Positions 38,019 through 48,681 are shown, counted from the stretch's first letter. The stretch: DNA of 64,000 nucleotides from Alphaproteobacteria bacterium (GCA_964291415.2 OZ219918.1:608001-672000); one strand, 5' to 3'. Notes: generated by a model from the letters alone, not told the origin. Program-made: numbers and translations.

Positions 38019-38988
38019 CGTGGCGCCGCCCGGAGGCGAACCCCATGATGCCGCCACGGGCGTGGAGGACCACGGCGATAAGCAGCAGCCCGACCCAGAA
38101 CTGCCAGTGGTCGGTCATGGAGCCCAGCACCTGTTCGAGCAGGACATAGAGGGCGGCGCCGGCGATGGGTCCCCACAGGCGGGCCACGCCGCCGAGGATG
38201 ACGAAGACCATGATCTCGCCGGAGGTGTGCCAGCTCAGCATGGACGGACTGACGAAGCGATTGAGGTCGACGAAGAGCGCGCCTGCGAGCGCCGTGATGG
38301 CGCCCGACATGACGAAGGCGACCAGGCGTATGCGGAAACCGCCTATGCCCACACTGCGCACGCGGGTCTCGTTCTGCCTGACGGCATTGAGCGCCAGGCC
38401 GAATCGCGACTGTACGACCCTCGAGACGATGACGATGACGACGACAAGGGCGGCGAAGACAATCAGGAAGAACGTCAGCGGATCCATGGTGTCGAGGCCG
38501 AAGAGGCTGTTGCGCAGGTAGATCGGCAACCCGTCCTCGCCGCCATAGGCCGGCCACGAGATCGTGAAGTAGTAGATCATCTGGGCGAACGCCAGCGTGA
38601 TCATGATGAAGTAGACACCGGTCGTTCTGAGTGACAGACAGCCGATGAGAAGGGCGAGCAACGCTCCGCAGACGATGGCGAAGAGCCAGATGACGATCAT
38701 GGAATCGGTGCCGCCCAGCGCGACCGGCCACGCCAGAACCGGATGTCCTTCCATCGCGTGGTGAGCGAGAATGCCCGCCACGTAGCCGCCGATTCCGAAG
38801 TACGCCGCGTGTCCCAGGGACACCATGCCGCCATAGCCCAGCACCAGATTGAGCCCCACGCCCGCCATCCCGAGGATGGCGACACGGGTTGCCAGGGTGA
38901 TGAGCCACGGTTCGTCCAGGACCATGCCGGCAAGCGGCACCGCAAGGAGCAGGAGAACGACGGTCGTGGACGCGAGCCTCGGGGTCAT
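38008..38988 (-). CDS. livM: Branched-chain amino acid-type ABC permease
   Basis: GYGGMVSLGHAAYFGIGGY, YFIMITLAF, GGEDG, VILGG. Confidence 0.88.
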   Translation of the reverse strand: MTPRLASTTVVLLLLAVPLAGMVLDEPWLITLATRVAILGMAGVGLNLVLGYGGMVSLGHAAYFGIGGYVAGILAHHAMEGHPVLAWPVALGGTDSMIVIWLFAIVCGALLALLIGCLSLRTTGVYFIMITLAFAQMIYYFTISWPAYGGEDGLPIYLRNSLFGLDTMDPLTFFLIVFAALVVVIVIVSRVVQSRFGLALNAVRQNETRVRSVGIGGFRIRLVAFVMSGAITALAGALFVDLNRFVSPSMLSWHTSGEIMVFVILGGVARLWGPIAGAALYVLLEQVLGSMTDHWQFWVGLLLIAVVLHARGGIMGFASGRRHDDG

Positions 38989-38995
38989 GGCTCTG

Positions 38996-39919
38996 TCACG
39001 CGACCTTGCCGAAGAGGCCGCCGGGCCTGAAGAACAGGATCAGGGCCATCAGCAGATAGATGAGCATCGAGGCCAGCGAGGCGCCTGTGGCAGCGGCATC
39101 GGCCGGCTCGAGAAAGGTGGCGAAGAGCGCCGGGAGAAGGAGGCGGCCCATGGTGTCCGTCACGCCCACCAGGACGGCGCCGACGAGAGCGCCCTTGATG
39201 GAGCCGATACCGCCGATGACGATCACCACGAAGGCGAGAATCAGGACAGGCTCGCCCATGCCGACTTCCACGGACGTGATGGATCCGATGACGGCGCCGG
39301 CAAACCCCGCAAGGGCGGCGCCCAGGGCAAAGACCGCGGTATAGAGCGCGCGGATGTTGACACCGATGGCGGCGATCATTTCGCGATCCGACTCGCCGGC
39401 CCGGATGCGCATGCCAAGCCGGGTCCGGGAGACGAGCTGGAAGAGACCGGCCGCGACCGCAAGGCCGGCAGCGATGATGACCAGACGATAGAGGGGATAG
39501 TCCAGCCCGCCGGGCAGGAGAACGGTTCCGGCCAGCGCCGGGGGAATGTCGAGGTAGAGGGGAAAGGCGCCGAAAATCCAGCGGATGCCTTCCGAAAAGA
39601 CGAGGATGAGCGCGAAGGTGACCAGGACCTGATCCAGGTGTCCTCTCTGGTAGAGGCGCCGCATGAGGGTCACTTCGACAAGGGCGCCCGCGGCTGCCGC
39701 GGCGGCGAGACTCGCCGCAAGGCCGAGCCAGAACGAACCGGTGACCGACACCACGGCGGCGCAGGCGAAGGCTCCGATCATGTAGAGGGAACCATGGGCC
39801 AGATTGATGAGCCCCATGACGCCGAAGACCAGGGTGAGGCCTGCGGACATGAGGAACAGCATGACGCCGAACTGCAGGCCGTTGAGGACCTGCTCGGCGA
39901 TCAGTGTTGCCGGCATCAC
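38996..39919 (-). CDS. livH: Branched-chain amino acid-type ABC permease
   Basis: GLTLVFGVMGLINLAHG, VIGGIGSI, RPGGLFG. Confidence 0.88.
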   Translation of the reverse strand: MMPATLIAEQVLNGLQFGVMLFLMSAGLTLVFGVMGLINLAHGSLYMIGAFACAAVVSVTGSFWLGLAASLAAAAAAGALVEVTLMRRLYQRGHLDQVLVTFALILVFSEGIRWIFGAFPLYLDIPPALAGTVLLPGGLDYPLYRLVIIAAGLAVAAGLFQLVSRTRLGMRIRAGESDREMIAAIGVNIRALYTAVFALGAALAGFAGAVIGSITSVEVGMGEPVLILAFVVIVIGGIGSIKGALVGAVLVGVTDTMGRLLLPALFATFLEPADAAATGASLASMLIYLLMALILFFRPGGLFGKVA

Positions 39920-39974
39920 GAGTGCCGCCCTTCCGGCGGGCCCGCCAGGACACCGGCCGGAAGGGCAGGAATGG

Positions 39975-41114
39975 CTACATGGAACACTCGCCGGCGTAGG
40001 CGTCCGCGTGATCCTCGAGGGCGAGCGAAACGATACGGTTGGTGAGGACGCCGTCCTCCATGATCACCTCGCGCACGTAGATGTCCTGCACCGGGTGATG
40101 GTTGGGCCCGAACATGAAATCGCCCCTCACGGACGTGAAGTCGGCAGCCCGGAGCGCCTCGCGGAAAGCGTCCTCATCGCCGACATCGGCCTTGTCGAGA
40201 GCGCTGATCAGAAGATTGGCGGTATCGAATCCCTGCGAGGCATAGAGCGACGGCAGGCGCCCGTAGGCCTCCTGGAAACTGGCCACGAATGCCTTGTTGG
40301 CAGCGTTGTCGAGGTCCTTCGACCACTGCGAGGTGTTCTTCACACCCAGCGCGGCCTCGCCGACGGCGTTGAGGATGCCCTGGTCGAACGAGAACGCGGG
40401 GCCCACCACCGGAATGTCGACGCCGGAACCGGCGTACTGCTTCATGAACGAGATCCCCATGCCGCCGGGAAGGAAGAAGAAGACGCTGTCGGCATCCGAC
40501 GCGCGGATCTGCGCAATCTCCGCGGCGTAGTCGGTCTGACCGAGTTCGGTATAGACCTCGGCCGCGATCTCGCCGGTGAAGAACCTCTTGTAGCCGGTCA
40601 GCGCGTCGTGTCCGGCGGGATAGTTCGGCGCCAGGATGAAGGAGTTCGCGAAACCGGCGTCGTTGGCATAGCCACCGGCGGCTTCATGCAGGTTGTCGTT
40701 CTGCCAGGCGACATTGAAGTAGTTCTCGTGACATCCCTCGCCTGCGAGCTTCGAGGGTCCGGCATTGGGCGAGAGATAGAACTTTCCCTGGCGCACCACC
40801 GAAGGCACCACGGCGATGGCGAGGTTCGACCAGATGATGCCGGTCAGCACGTCGACGTTGTCGGACTGCACCATCTTGTCGGCGATCTGGACCGCGATCT
40901 CGGGCTTGCGCTGGTCGTCCTCGATCACGACGTCAATGTCGCTGCGCCCCGACTGCTCGAGAGCCAGCATGAATCCGTCGCGCACATCCACTCCGAGAGC
41001 CGAGCCGCCGCCCGACAGGGTCGTGATCATGCCCACTTTCAGGCCATCGGCCGACGCGGTCACCGACGCGGCGCACAGAGCCAGTGCCGCTACAGATGTC
41101 ACAAGCGCTCTCAT
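39975..41114 (-). CDS. Liv-type ABC substrate-binding protein (ligand uncertain, possibly aromatic acids)
   Basis: Signal peptide; KVGMITTLSG, EDDQRKP, SPNAGPS, APNYPAG; heads the livHMGF operon. Confidence 0.88.
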   Translation of the reverse strand: MRALVTSVAALALCAASVTASADGLKVGMITTLSGGGSALGVDVRDGFMLALEQSGRSDIDVVIEDDQRKPEIAVQIADKMVQSDNVDVLTGIIWSNLAIAVVPSVVRQGKFYLSPNAGPSKLAGEGCHENYFNVAWQNDNLHEAAGGYANDAGFANSFILAPNYPAGHDALTGYKRFFTGEIAAEVYTELGQTDYAAEIAQIRASDADSVFFFLPGGMGISFMKQYAGSGVDIPVVGPAFSFDQGILNAVGEAALGVKNTSQWSKDLDNAANKAFVASFQEAYGRLPSLYASQGFDTANLLISALDKADVGDEDAFREALRAADFTSVRGDFMFGPNHHPVQDIYVREVIMEDGVLTNRIVSLALEDHADAYAGECSM

Positions 41115-41309
41115 CTCCTAGTCCCCCTCACGTGTTGTGGACTGTCATGATACCTCAAGGGCCGGCGATCCGGCAGCAAGGTGGGTAACAAGCATCGGCC
41201 TTGCGTTCAAGGACCGCGCATGCCCCGGCATTCATCGCGGAACGCTTGCAGACAGGATTGAAGAGACGCATTCTTGAACCCTCGCGATGATTCGGGGAGG
41301 GGTTGAGAG

Positions 41310-42434
41310 ATGCATGTGATGAGAAAACCGCGTGTCGAGCAGTTGCAGAGGAAGCTGATCAACCGCGAAATCGACCGCCGCGACTTCATGGCCGCCGCCG
41401 CCACGGCGGGGCTGGCGCCGGTCGCATCGTCGGTTGTTCCTTCCGCCCGGGCCGCCCAGGGCGACATGATCCATTACTTCACATGGTCGGCCTACGAGGT
41501 GCCGGAGCTGCACCAGTCCTTCGTGGACAAGTACGGCCAGTCGCCGCACTGGTCGCTCTTCGCCTCGTCGGAGGATGGCCTGCAGAAGATCCGGGCGGGC
41601 TTCGCTGCCGATCTTGCGCATCCCTGTGTCGACAACGTGCCGCGCTGGCACGACGCGGGCGTGCTGCAGCCGATTGACACGTCGCGCATCGCTCAGTGGG
41701 ACGACATGTTCCCCGCACTCCACACCATGAACGGCGCGACGATCAACGACGAGGTCTACATGGTGATCACGGACTTCGGGCTGTCGTCTGTCATCTACCG
41801 CACCGACATCTACGAGGGCGAGGAAACCTGGAACATGCTGTTCGACGAGCGGTATGCCGGTCGCATCTGCCCCAATGCCGGCACGGCGAACCTCTCCATC
41901 GCACTCAAGCTGCTGGGATACGATCCCATGAACCCGACGGCCGAGCAGGTCAGGGAAGCGGCCGACATGGGCCGCAAGCAACGTCCTCTGGCCCGCTTCT
42001 ACTGGGAGAGCCAGACCGACATGGAACAGGCGGTGGCCACGGGCGAGTGCGTCGTTGCCTATGCCTGGAACGAGGCCCTCGTCAATCTCCTCGACCAGGG
42101 CGTTCCGGTGGCCTTCGCGGCGCCCAAGGAAGGCGCCTTCGGCTGGGCCTGTGGTCTCGTGCGTCTTGCCGCGGCCGAGAACGACGAACAGATGGCCTAC
42201 GATTTCATCGACGCGTGGCTGGCGCCGGAGACGGGCAAGTATCTCATCGAGTCCTACGGCTATGGACACGGCAACATCAAGTCGTTCGATCTGGTGGACC
42301 GCGCCACCCTCGTTGCGCTGGGCTACGACGACCCCGTGCGTCTGATGGAGGGCACCAATTTCTGGATTCCGGTCGAACCGGAGATCACCGAGCTGATGTA
42401 CGAGATCTGGGAGGATGTCATTGCCGGTCTCTAG
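41310..42434 (+). CDS. Polyamine-type (PotD/PotF-like) substrate-binding protein with Tat signal, copy 1
   Basis: IDRRDFM Tat motif; FTWSAYE, PKEGAFGWACG, YGYGHGN. Confidence 0.85.
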   Translation: MHVMRKPRVEQLQRKLINREIDRRDFMAAAATAGLAPVASSVVPSARAAQGDMIHYFTWSAYEVPELHQSFVDKYGQSPHWSLFASSEDGLQKIRAGFAADLAHPCVDNVPRWHDAGVLQPIDTSRIAQWDDMFPALHTMNGATINDEVYMVITDFGLSSVIYRTDIYEGEETWNMLFDERYAGRICPNAGTANLSIALKLLGYDPMNPTAEQVREAADMGRKQRPLARFYWESQTDMEQAVATGECVVAYAWNEALVNLLDQGVPVAFAAPKEGAFGWACGLVRLAAAENDEQMAYDFIDAWLAPETGKYLIESYGYGHGNIKSFDLVDRATLVALGYDDPVRLMEGTNFWIPVEPEITELMYEIWEDVIAGL

Positions 42435-42491
42435 AACCGGTTCAGTATTCAACCCGTTGTCATTGGAACAATACGAAGGAGTAACTTGACA

Positions 42492-43616
42492 ATGCATGTG
42501 TTGAGAAAACCGCGTGTCGAGCAATTGCAGAAGAAGCTGGTCAACCGTGAAATTGACCGTCGTGACTTCATGGCTGCCGCCGCCGCGGCGGGGGTGGCTC
42601 CGGTTGCCTCGTCACTGGTGCCGTCTGCGAGGGCGGCCGAGGGTGACATGATCCACTACTTCACCTGGTCGGGTTACGAACCGGTGGAACTTCACCAGCC
42701 TTTCTTCGACAAGTACGGTCGGTCACCGGACTGGTCGATCTTCGCTTCGGCGGAGGACGGGCTGCAGAAGATCCGGGCCGGGTTTGTCGCCGATCTTGCG
42801 CATCCCTGTGTCGACGGTGTGCCGCGCTGGCATGATGCGGGAGTCGTGCAGCCGATCGACCCCTCGCGTGTCAGCTACTGGGACGACATGTTTCCCGCCC
42901 TTCATACCATGAACGGCGCCGTGATCGACGACGACGTCTACATGGTCATCACGGACTTCGGTCTGTCATCGATGATCTATCGCACCGATATCATCGAGGG
43001 CGAGGAGTCCTGGATGTACATGTATGACGAGAAGTACGCGGGCCGGATCTGCGCCAGGAACACCACGGCCAGCATCTTCGTTCCGCTCAAGATTCTGGGT
43101 TATGACCCGATGAACCCCACGCCTGAACAGGTCATGGAAGCTGCTGAGATGGCGCGCAAGCAGCGTGATCTCGTCAGGTTCTACTGGGACAGCCAGACCG
43201 ACATGGAACAGGCCATCGCTTCCGGCGAGTGCGTCGTGGCCTACGCCTGGAACGAGGCTCTCGTCAATCTCCTCGACCAGGGGATTCCGGTTGCCTTCGC
43301 GGCACCGAAGGAGGGCGCCTTTGGCTGGGCCTGTGGTCTCGTACGTCTTGCCGCGGCCGAGAACGACGAACAGATGGCCTACGACTTCATCGATGCGTGG
43401 CTGGCGCCGGAAACCGGCAAGTTTCTCATCGAGGCCTACGGCTACGGTCACGGCAACATCAAGTCCTTCGACCTCGTGGACACCGAGACCCTCGTGGCGC
43501 TCGGTTACGACGATCCCGTGCGCCTGATGGAGGGGACCGCCTTCTGGGTTCCCATGGATCCGGCGATCGACGAACTGATGCTGGAGACCTGGGAAGACAT
43601 CATCGCCGGCCTCTAG
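42492..43616 (+). CDS. Polyamine-type substrate-binding protein with Tat signal, copy 2 (tandem paralog)
   Basis: Same length as copy 1 from ATG 42492; long identical peptide stretches. Confidence 0.85.
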   Translation: MHVLRKPRVEQLQKKLVNREIDRRDFMAAAAAAGVAPVASSLVPSARAAEGDMIHYFTWSGYEPVELHQPFFDKYGRSPDWSIFASAEDGLQKIRAGFVADLAHPCVDGVPRWHDAGVVQPIDPSRVSYWDDMFPALHTMNGAVIDDDVYMVITDFGLSSMIYRTDIIEGEESWMYMYDEKYAGRICARNTTASIFVPLKILGYDPMNPTPEQVMEAAEMARKQRDLVRFYWDSQTDMEQAIASGECVVAYAWNEALVNLLDQGIPVAFAAPKEGAFGWACGLVRLAAAENDEQMAYDFIDAWLAPETGKFLIEAYGYGHGNIKSFDLVDTETLVALGYDDPVRLMEGTAFWVPMDPAIDELMLETWEDIIAGL

Positions 43617-43648
43617 GGGGCCAGCGACACCCACACGTTCCCCGACGA

Positions 43649-43689
43649 CCGCACCGCAACACCCCTGGTCAACGGGTGTTGCGGTGCGG
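43649..43689. terminator. Stem-loop between converging genes
   Basis: CCGCACCGCAACACCC / GGGTGTTGCGGTGCGG, perfect 16-bp inverted repeat. Confidence 0.7.
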
Positions 43690-43691
43690 CG

Positions 43692-44144
43692 TCATGTTCT
43701 CCTGGCGGCAAAGAAGGTCTTGAGGAGTTCGCTGCAGCGGGTTTCGAGGATGCCCCCGTAGACCTCAGGCCGGTGGTGGCAGGTTGGCTGATCGAAGAGG
43801 CGCACGCCGTTGTCGACGGCGCCTCCCTTGGGATCCTCGGCCCCATAGTAGAGGCGCCGGATGCGGGCTTCGGCAATGGCGCCGGCGCACATGGCGCAGG
43901 GTTCCAGGGTGACATGGAGATCGGCGCCGTCGAGACGGTGGCGGCCCACTTTCCGGCAGGCTTGCCGCAAGGCGAGGATTTCCGCGTGGGCGGTGGGATC
44001 GGCATCCGCGCGCGTACGATTGCCGGCTGCCGCGACAATTTCTCCCCCGAGCACGACAACGGCGCCCACCGGCGGCTCACCGCGCCCGGCGGCGGCCTCG
44101 GCCTCGGCGAGTGCCGTCTCCATGTATGTTGGCGTCCGGTTCAC
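43692..44144 (-). CDS. tadA: tRNA adenosine deaminase
   Basis: GEPPVGAV, DPTAHAE, TLEPCAMCAGA, DPKGGA; start GTG 44144 or ATG 44123. Confidence 0.92.
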   Translation of the reverse strand: MNRTPTYMETALAEAEAAAGRGEPPVGAVVVLGGEIVAAAGNRTRADADPTAHAEILALRQACRKVGRHRLDGADLHVTLEPCAMCAGAIAEARIRRLYYGAEDPKGGAVDNGVRLFDQPTCHHRPEVYGGILETRCSELLKTFFAARRT

Positions 44145-44212
44145 GGGCCCCCTTCTTGCACGGGACGCCGGGAATCGCCACAGTGAAGTGCCCACGCGAC
44201 AATCGGGACACC

Positions 44213-44929
44213 ATGCCAGGACGCCCCCTGATCGGCCTGACGCTTGATTGCGAGGAACCCGGTCACTATTCGAACATGCCTTGGTACGCCATCCGGCAGA
44301 ACTACATGTGCGCCATTGTCGAAGCGGGCGGGCTCCCGGTGGCCATCGGTCACGAGTCGGGCCTTGCAGGGGCCTATGTCAAGGCTCTCGACGGGGTGGT
44401 GGTGACGGGGGGTGCCTTTGATATCGATCCGGCGCTGTTCGGGGCGTCGACGCGCCACGAGTCGGTGACCACAAAGGACGGACGTACCCGGTTCGAATGG
44501 GCTGTCACCGAGGACGCCCTGCAGCGCGACCGCCCCGTCTTCGGGATCTGCGGCGGACAGCAACTGCTCAACGTGGTGCTCGGCGGCACCCTCATCCAGC
44601 ATATTCCGGATTCGATTCCGGATTGTCTCGCCCACGAGCAGGAGGGGCCGCGCACCCGGGCGGGACATACCGTGGCCGTGAAGGAGAACACCCTCCTGCA
44701 TGACATCGTTGGCGTCGCGGAACTTCCGGTGAACAGCGCCCATCACCAGGCGGCGGACGCGCTGGGTGATGATGTGACGGTCAACGCGGTGGCGCCCGAC
44801 GGCGTCATCGAGGGTATCGAGCACACAGGCTACCGCTTCTGTCTGGGTGTCCAGTGGCATCCCGAGTACGCCATATCAGAGGGTGACCGGCATCTCTTCA
44901 GGGCCTTCGTGGAAGCCTGCCGCGGGTGA
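44213..44929 (+). CDS. Gamma-glutamyl-gamma-aminobutyrate hydrolase family (peptidase C26)
   Basis: TGGAFDIDP, GICGGQQ, VNSAHHQ, GVQWHPE. Confidence 0.88.
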   Translation: MPGRPLIGLTLDCEEPGHYSNMPWYAIRQNYMCAIVEAGGLPVAIGHESGLAGAYVKALDGVVVTGGAFDIDPALFGASTRHESVTTKDGRTRFEWAVTEDALQRDRPVFGICGGQQLLNVVLGGTLIQHIPDSIPDCLAHEQEGPRTRAGHTVAVKENTLLHDIVGVAELPVNSAHHQAADALGDDVTVNAVAPDGVIEGIEHTGYRFCLGVQWHPEYAISEGDRHLFRAFVEACRG

Positions 44930-45681
44930 TGGCCGAGCGCGTTGCCAGGCGCATCGCCCATGCCGGCGTTGCTTCGAGGCGCGAAGCGGAGCGGCTCATC
45001 TCCGAGGGAAGGGTCGCCGTCAACGGACACGTCCTCGGCGCGCCCGGTGTGACGGTGACGGCGGAGGACGTCGTAACCGTCGATGGCCAGCGCATTCCGG
45101 ATCGCCCGCACTTGCGCCTGTGGCGCCTCAACAAGCCGCCGGGCCTGGTGGTGTCGAGGCAGGACGAAAAGGGCCGCAGGACCGTCTTTGACCTCTTCGG
45201 GGACTCCCATCCCCATCTGATGAGCGTCGGCCGGCTCGATATCGCCTCGGAAGGTCTTCTGCTGGTCACGAACGATGGGGATCTCGCCCGCTGGATGGAG
45301 CTGCCGCAGACGGGCTGGATCCGGCGTTACCGCGTGCGGGTCTTTGGAGCCCTGGCGAAGGATGCGCTCGAGACACTGGAGAAGGGGGTGACGGTCGATG
45401 GTGTCCGCTACGGTCCCATCAGCGCCCGCCTCGATGGCCGGACCGGCGCCAATGCCTGGCTCACGATGACCCTTCGCGAGGGTCGCAACCGGGAGATTCG
45501 CCGCGTCCTGGGATCGCTCGGTCTCACCGTCAACCGTCTCATCAGAACCGCCTACGGACCGTTCCAGCTTGGCAAGCTTGCCAGGGGAGCGGTCGAGGAG
45601 GTGCCCGTCAAGGTGCTGAGAGAGCAACTCCCCGGGGAATGGAGACCGAGACTCGATGCGCATCGTCGCCGGTCGCCATAG
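44929..45681 (+). CDS. rluB: rRNA pseudouridine synthase, RluB-like
   Basis: S4 domain ASRREAE, NKPPG, VGRLD..SEGLLL, EGRNREIRR. Confidence 0.88.
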   Translation: MAERVARRIAHAGVASRREAERLISEGRVAVNGHVLGAPGVTVTAEDVVTVDGQRIPDRPHLRLWRLNKPPGLVVSRQDEKGRRTVFDLFGDSHPHLMSVGRLDIASEGLLLVTNDGDLARWMELPQTGWIRRYRVRVFGALAKDALETLEKGVTVDGVRYGPISARLDGRTGANAWLTMTLREGRNREIRRVLGSLGLTVNRLIRTAYGPFQLGKLARGAVEEVPVKVLREQLPGEWRPRLDAHRRRSP

Positions 45682-46219
45682 ACGCCGCCGCCTGTTTGCT
45701 CCCGAGGGCACCGGCGTCCGTCCCACCGCCGACAGGGTGAGAGAGACGCTCTTCAACATCCTGGTGGCCCGCGATGCGTGGCGCGGGCTCGATGGCGCCC
45801 GCGTGGCCGACATCTTCTGCGGTACCGGAGCGATCGCCCTGGAAGCGCTCTCCCGAGGGGCACGTCACGCCGTGCTGGTCGACAATGCGCCGGCTGCCCT
45901 CGACGCGGCCTCGAGGAACATCGCCGCACTCGGCGAGGAGCATCGCACCATGCTTGTGCGCTGTGACGCAACGAGGCCATTGCCCGACATCCCCCGGCCT
46001 GTTGATCTCGCCTATTTCGATCCGCCCTGGCGCTCGGGCCTTGCGGGTACGGCACTGGACAACCTGCGTTCCAGCGGCTGGCTCGCATCCGGTGCTCTGG
46101 CTGTCGTCGAGCAGCCGAAGGCCACGTTCCTTCGCGTTCCTGAGGGTTTCACGCAGATCGACGAGAGGACCGTGGGCCGGACCCGCCTGGCTTTTCTGCG
46201 CCTTGCCGGTGAGTCGTAG
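45656..46219 (+). CDS. rsmD: 16S rRNA m2G966 methyltransferase
   Basis: MRIVAG, RPTADRVRETLFN, FCGTGA..EALSRGA, DPPW. Confidence 0.92.
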   Translation: MRIVAGRHRRRRLFAPEGTGVRPTADRVRETLFNILVARDAWRGLDGARVADIFCGTGAIALEALSRGARHAVLVDNAPAALDAASRNIAALGEEHRTMLVRCDATRPLPDIPRPVDLAYFDPPWRSGLAGTALDNLRSSGWLASGALAVVEQPKATFLRVPEGFTQIDERTVGRTRLAFLRLAGES

Positions 46220-46267
46220 ACACGAAATCTGCGCTTCGGGGGCGCCACCCTGCCGGATTTTTCCTGT

Positions 46268-48082
46268 TCAGCGGCGGCCGAACAGGCGCTCGATGTCGGC
46301 GAGCTTGAGTTCGACGAATGTCGGCCGGCCGTGATTGCACTGCCCGGAATTGGGGGTTGTTTCCATGTCGCGCAGCAACGCGTTCATCTCGGCCTGCTTG
46401 AGCTTTCGGCCGGCGCGCACGCTGCCGTGGCAGGCCATGGTGCTGCACACGTGTTCGATGCGGGCGGAGAGAGCCATGGCCTCGTCGGACTCGGCCAGCT
46501 CATCGGCGAGGTCCCTGACGAGGCCCTGGATATCGGCATCGCCGAGGATGGCGGGAACCTCGCGGACCACCACGGCACCGGGTCCGAACTGCTCGAGGAC
46601 CAATCCCGTTTGCTTGAGTTCATCGCGGCGCTCCGCAAGGCGGCTGGCCGCAACCTCATCGAGCTCCACCACTTCGGGCAACAGCAGCACCTGGCGCGTG
46701 ACGCCTTCCTGCGCCATCTCGGCCTTCATGCGCTCGAGAACGAGGCGTTCATGTGCCGCATGCTGATCAACGATGACGATGCCGTCCCCGGTCTGGGCAA
46801 CGACGTAGGTGTCGTGGAACTGGGCGCGGGCGATGCCGAGGGGTCCCGGTTCGATGTCTTCCGGTGCGGAAACGTCTGTCGGAGGTGGATGGCTGTCTGC
46901 AGCGTTGTCGCCCGCCGGTCGTGCTGCGGGCCGCGGAAAGCTGCCGCCGGATGATCTGCGCCAGGCCGCCTGGGGCGTCCAGTCTGCCTGGGCATGGTCG
47001 AAGAGACGCCCCGGAAACGGGGTGTCGCCCGGGCGCATGGCCGCAAGGGCTTCGCGCGAGGCGGTTGTCGACGAGCGGCGCCCGTGCTGCTCGATGGCGC
47101 GATGAATGGCGGACACCACGAGACCACGCACCTGCTGACTGTCGCGGAACCGCACCTCGGCCTTGGCCGGATGGACGTTGACATCCACGGCGGCAGCCGG
47201 GATGTCGATGAAGAGCGCCACCACGGGATAGCGCTGGGGCGCCAGAACGCCCTGGTAGGCGCCCTTGACGGCGCCCAGAAGCAGGCGGTCGCGAACCGGG
47301 CGTCTGTTGACGAACAGGAACTGGCCCTGGGTATTGGCCCGGTTGAACGTGGGAAGGCCGGCGAAGCCGGTGATGCACATGCCGTCGCGCTCGATGTCGA
47401 CTGGCACCGCATTCTCACGAAAGTCGTTGCCCAGCACGGTGGCGAGGCGGGCCCGCCGGGCTTCAACTCCGTCGCCTGGCTCGCCTCGGGCGACGAGACT
47501 CTTCCTGGCGTTGAACGTCAGCGTCATCGCGATGTCGTGACGCACCATCGCGAGACGCTTCACCACGTCGGAGACGGCGGCATTCTCCGCCCGTTCGGAC
47601 TTGAGGAACTTCAGCCGCGCCGGAGTGGCAAAGAAGAGATCCCGGACATCGACGGTCGTGCCCGCGTTTCGCGCGGCGGGGCCGGGGGCACCGACCCTGC
47701 CTCCCTCGACGTCGATCACGAGGCCGGCTGCCTCGCCGGACCGGCGGGTGACGATGCGCATGCGCGAGACGGCGCCGATCGACGGCAGGGCTTCGCCGCG
47801 GAATCCCAGTGTCTCGATCTCGGTCAGGTCATCGCCCGGCAGCTTGGAGGTGGCGTGGCGCTCCACCGAGAGGCAGAGATCGTCGGCATCCATGCCGGCG
47901 CCATCATCCGCCACCACGATCGATTCCCTGCCGCCGCCGTTGACGGCGACATCGATCCGCGTGGCGCCGGCATCGATGGCATTCTCGACCAGTTCCTTGA
48001 CAACCGAAGACGGCCTTTCGATCACCTCGCCAGCGGCGATGCGATTGACCGTTGTTTCATTCAGGCGCCTGATCACGCTCAT
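46268..48082 (-). CDS. mutL: DNA mismatch repair protein MutL
   Basis: IAAGEVIERP, GFRGEAL, DQHAAHER, CNHGRP. Confidence 0.97.
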   Translation of the reverse strand: MSVIRRLNETTVNRIAAGEVIERPSSVVKELVENAIDAGATRIDVAVNGGGRESIVVADDGAGMDADDLCLSVERHATSKLPGDDLTEIETLGFRGEALPSIGAVSRMRIVTRRSGEAAGLVIDVEGGRVGAPGPAARNAGTTVDVRDLFFATPARLKFLKSERAENAAVSDVVKRLAMVRHDIAMTLTFNARKSLVARGEPGDGVEARRARLATVLGNDFRENAVPVDIERDGMCITGFAGLPTFNRANTQGQFLFVNRRPVRDRLLLGAVKGAYQGVLAPQRYPVVALFIDIPAAAVDVNVHPAKAEVRFRDSQQVRGLVVSAIHRAIEQHGRRSSTTASREALAAMRPGDTPFPGRLFDHAQADWTPQAAWRRSSGGSFPRPAARPAGDNAADSHPPPTDVSAPEDIEPGPLGIARAQFHDTYVVAQTGDGIVIVDQHAAHERLVLERMKAEMAQEGVTRQVLLLPEVVELDEVAASRLAERRDELKQTGLVLEQFGPGAVVVREVPAILGDADIQGLVRDLADELAESDEAMALSARIEHVCSTMACHGSVRAGRKLKQAEMNALLRDMETTPNSGQCNHGRPTFVELKLADIERLFGRR

Positions 48083-48204
48083 CGCGTCGTGCTCCGAAGC
48101 CGGGCTGGTCAGCCGTGCCCGTCACGTCGCACAGGGTGCCTATTCGTCCTGCCCGCCACAACCGGCGGCTTGTGGACACATCCGCGTCTCGGCAATGGCG
48201 CGGG

Positions 48205-48681
48205 CTAGAACCAGTCCCAGAATCCGCCCTCGTCATCCGACGTTCCGGACTCCTCTTCGGCGGCATCCTCCTCGATGATCGCCGGAACGGGTGGTGTTGT
48301 CGGGTACTCGCCAAAGAGCAGGGCATCGACGAATTCGGGATCATCCGACAGCACGCTGTTGTCACGGGTGATCGTCGTGCGGATGCCCGGATCCGCTATT
48401 CCGGCGCCGGCCTGCCGGAGAAGATCGAGTTCTCCGGCCGTCGTCTTCAGGGCCTCGAGGTCGGTGCCGGTCTCCTCCTGGCGTTCGACGAGCGAAGCCG
48501 ACTCCTCGCGCGGCTCTATTTCGGGACGCAAGGGGTAGGGTGGAGGGACGATCAGGGAGACGATCTGCGGCACGGTGGAGACGTTGACGGTGCGGTCGAC
48601 TTTCCCCGCCAGAACCTCTTCCCTGTCGCATGCGACTGCCATCAGGGCGGCAGCCACGAGGATCATGATGCGTGTCAGCAT
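48205..48681 (-). CDS. Putative lipoprotein, divergent DUF3035-like paralog
   Basis: Lipobox AVAC; LIVPPPYPLRP; LLRQAGAGIADPGIR; ends GGFWDWF. Confidence 0.6.
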   Translation of the reverse strand: MLTRIMILVAAALMAVACDREEVLAGKVDRTVNVSTVPQIVSLIVPPPYPLRPEIEPREESASLVERQEETGTDLEALKTTAGELDLLRQAGAGIADPGIRTTITRDNSVLSDDPEFVDALLFGEYPTTPPVPAIIEEDAAEEESGTSDDEGGFWDWF

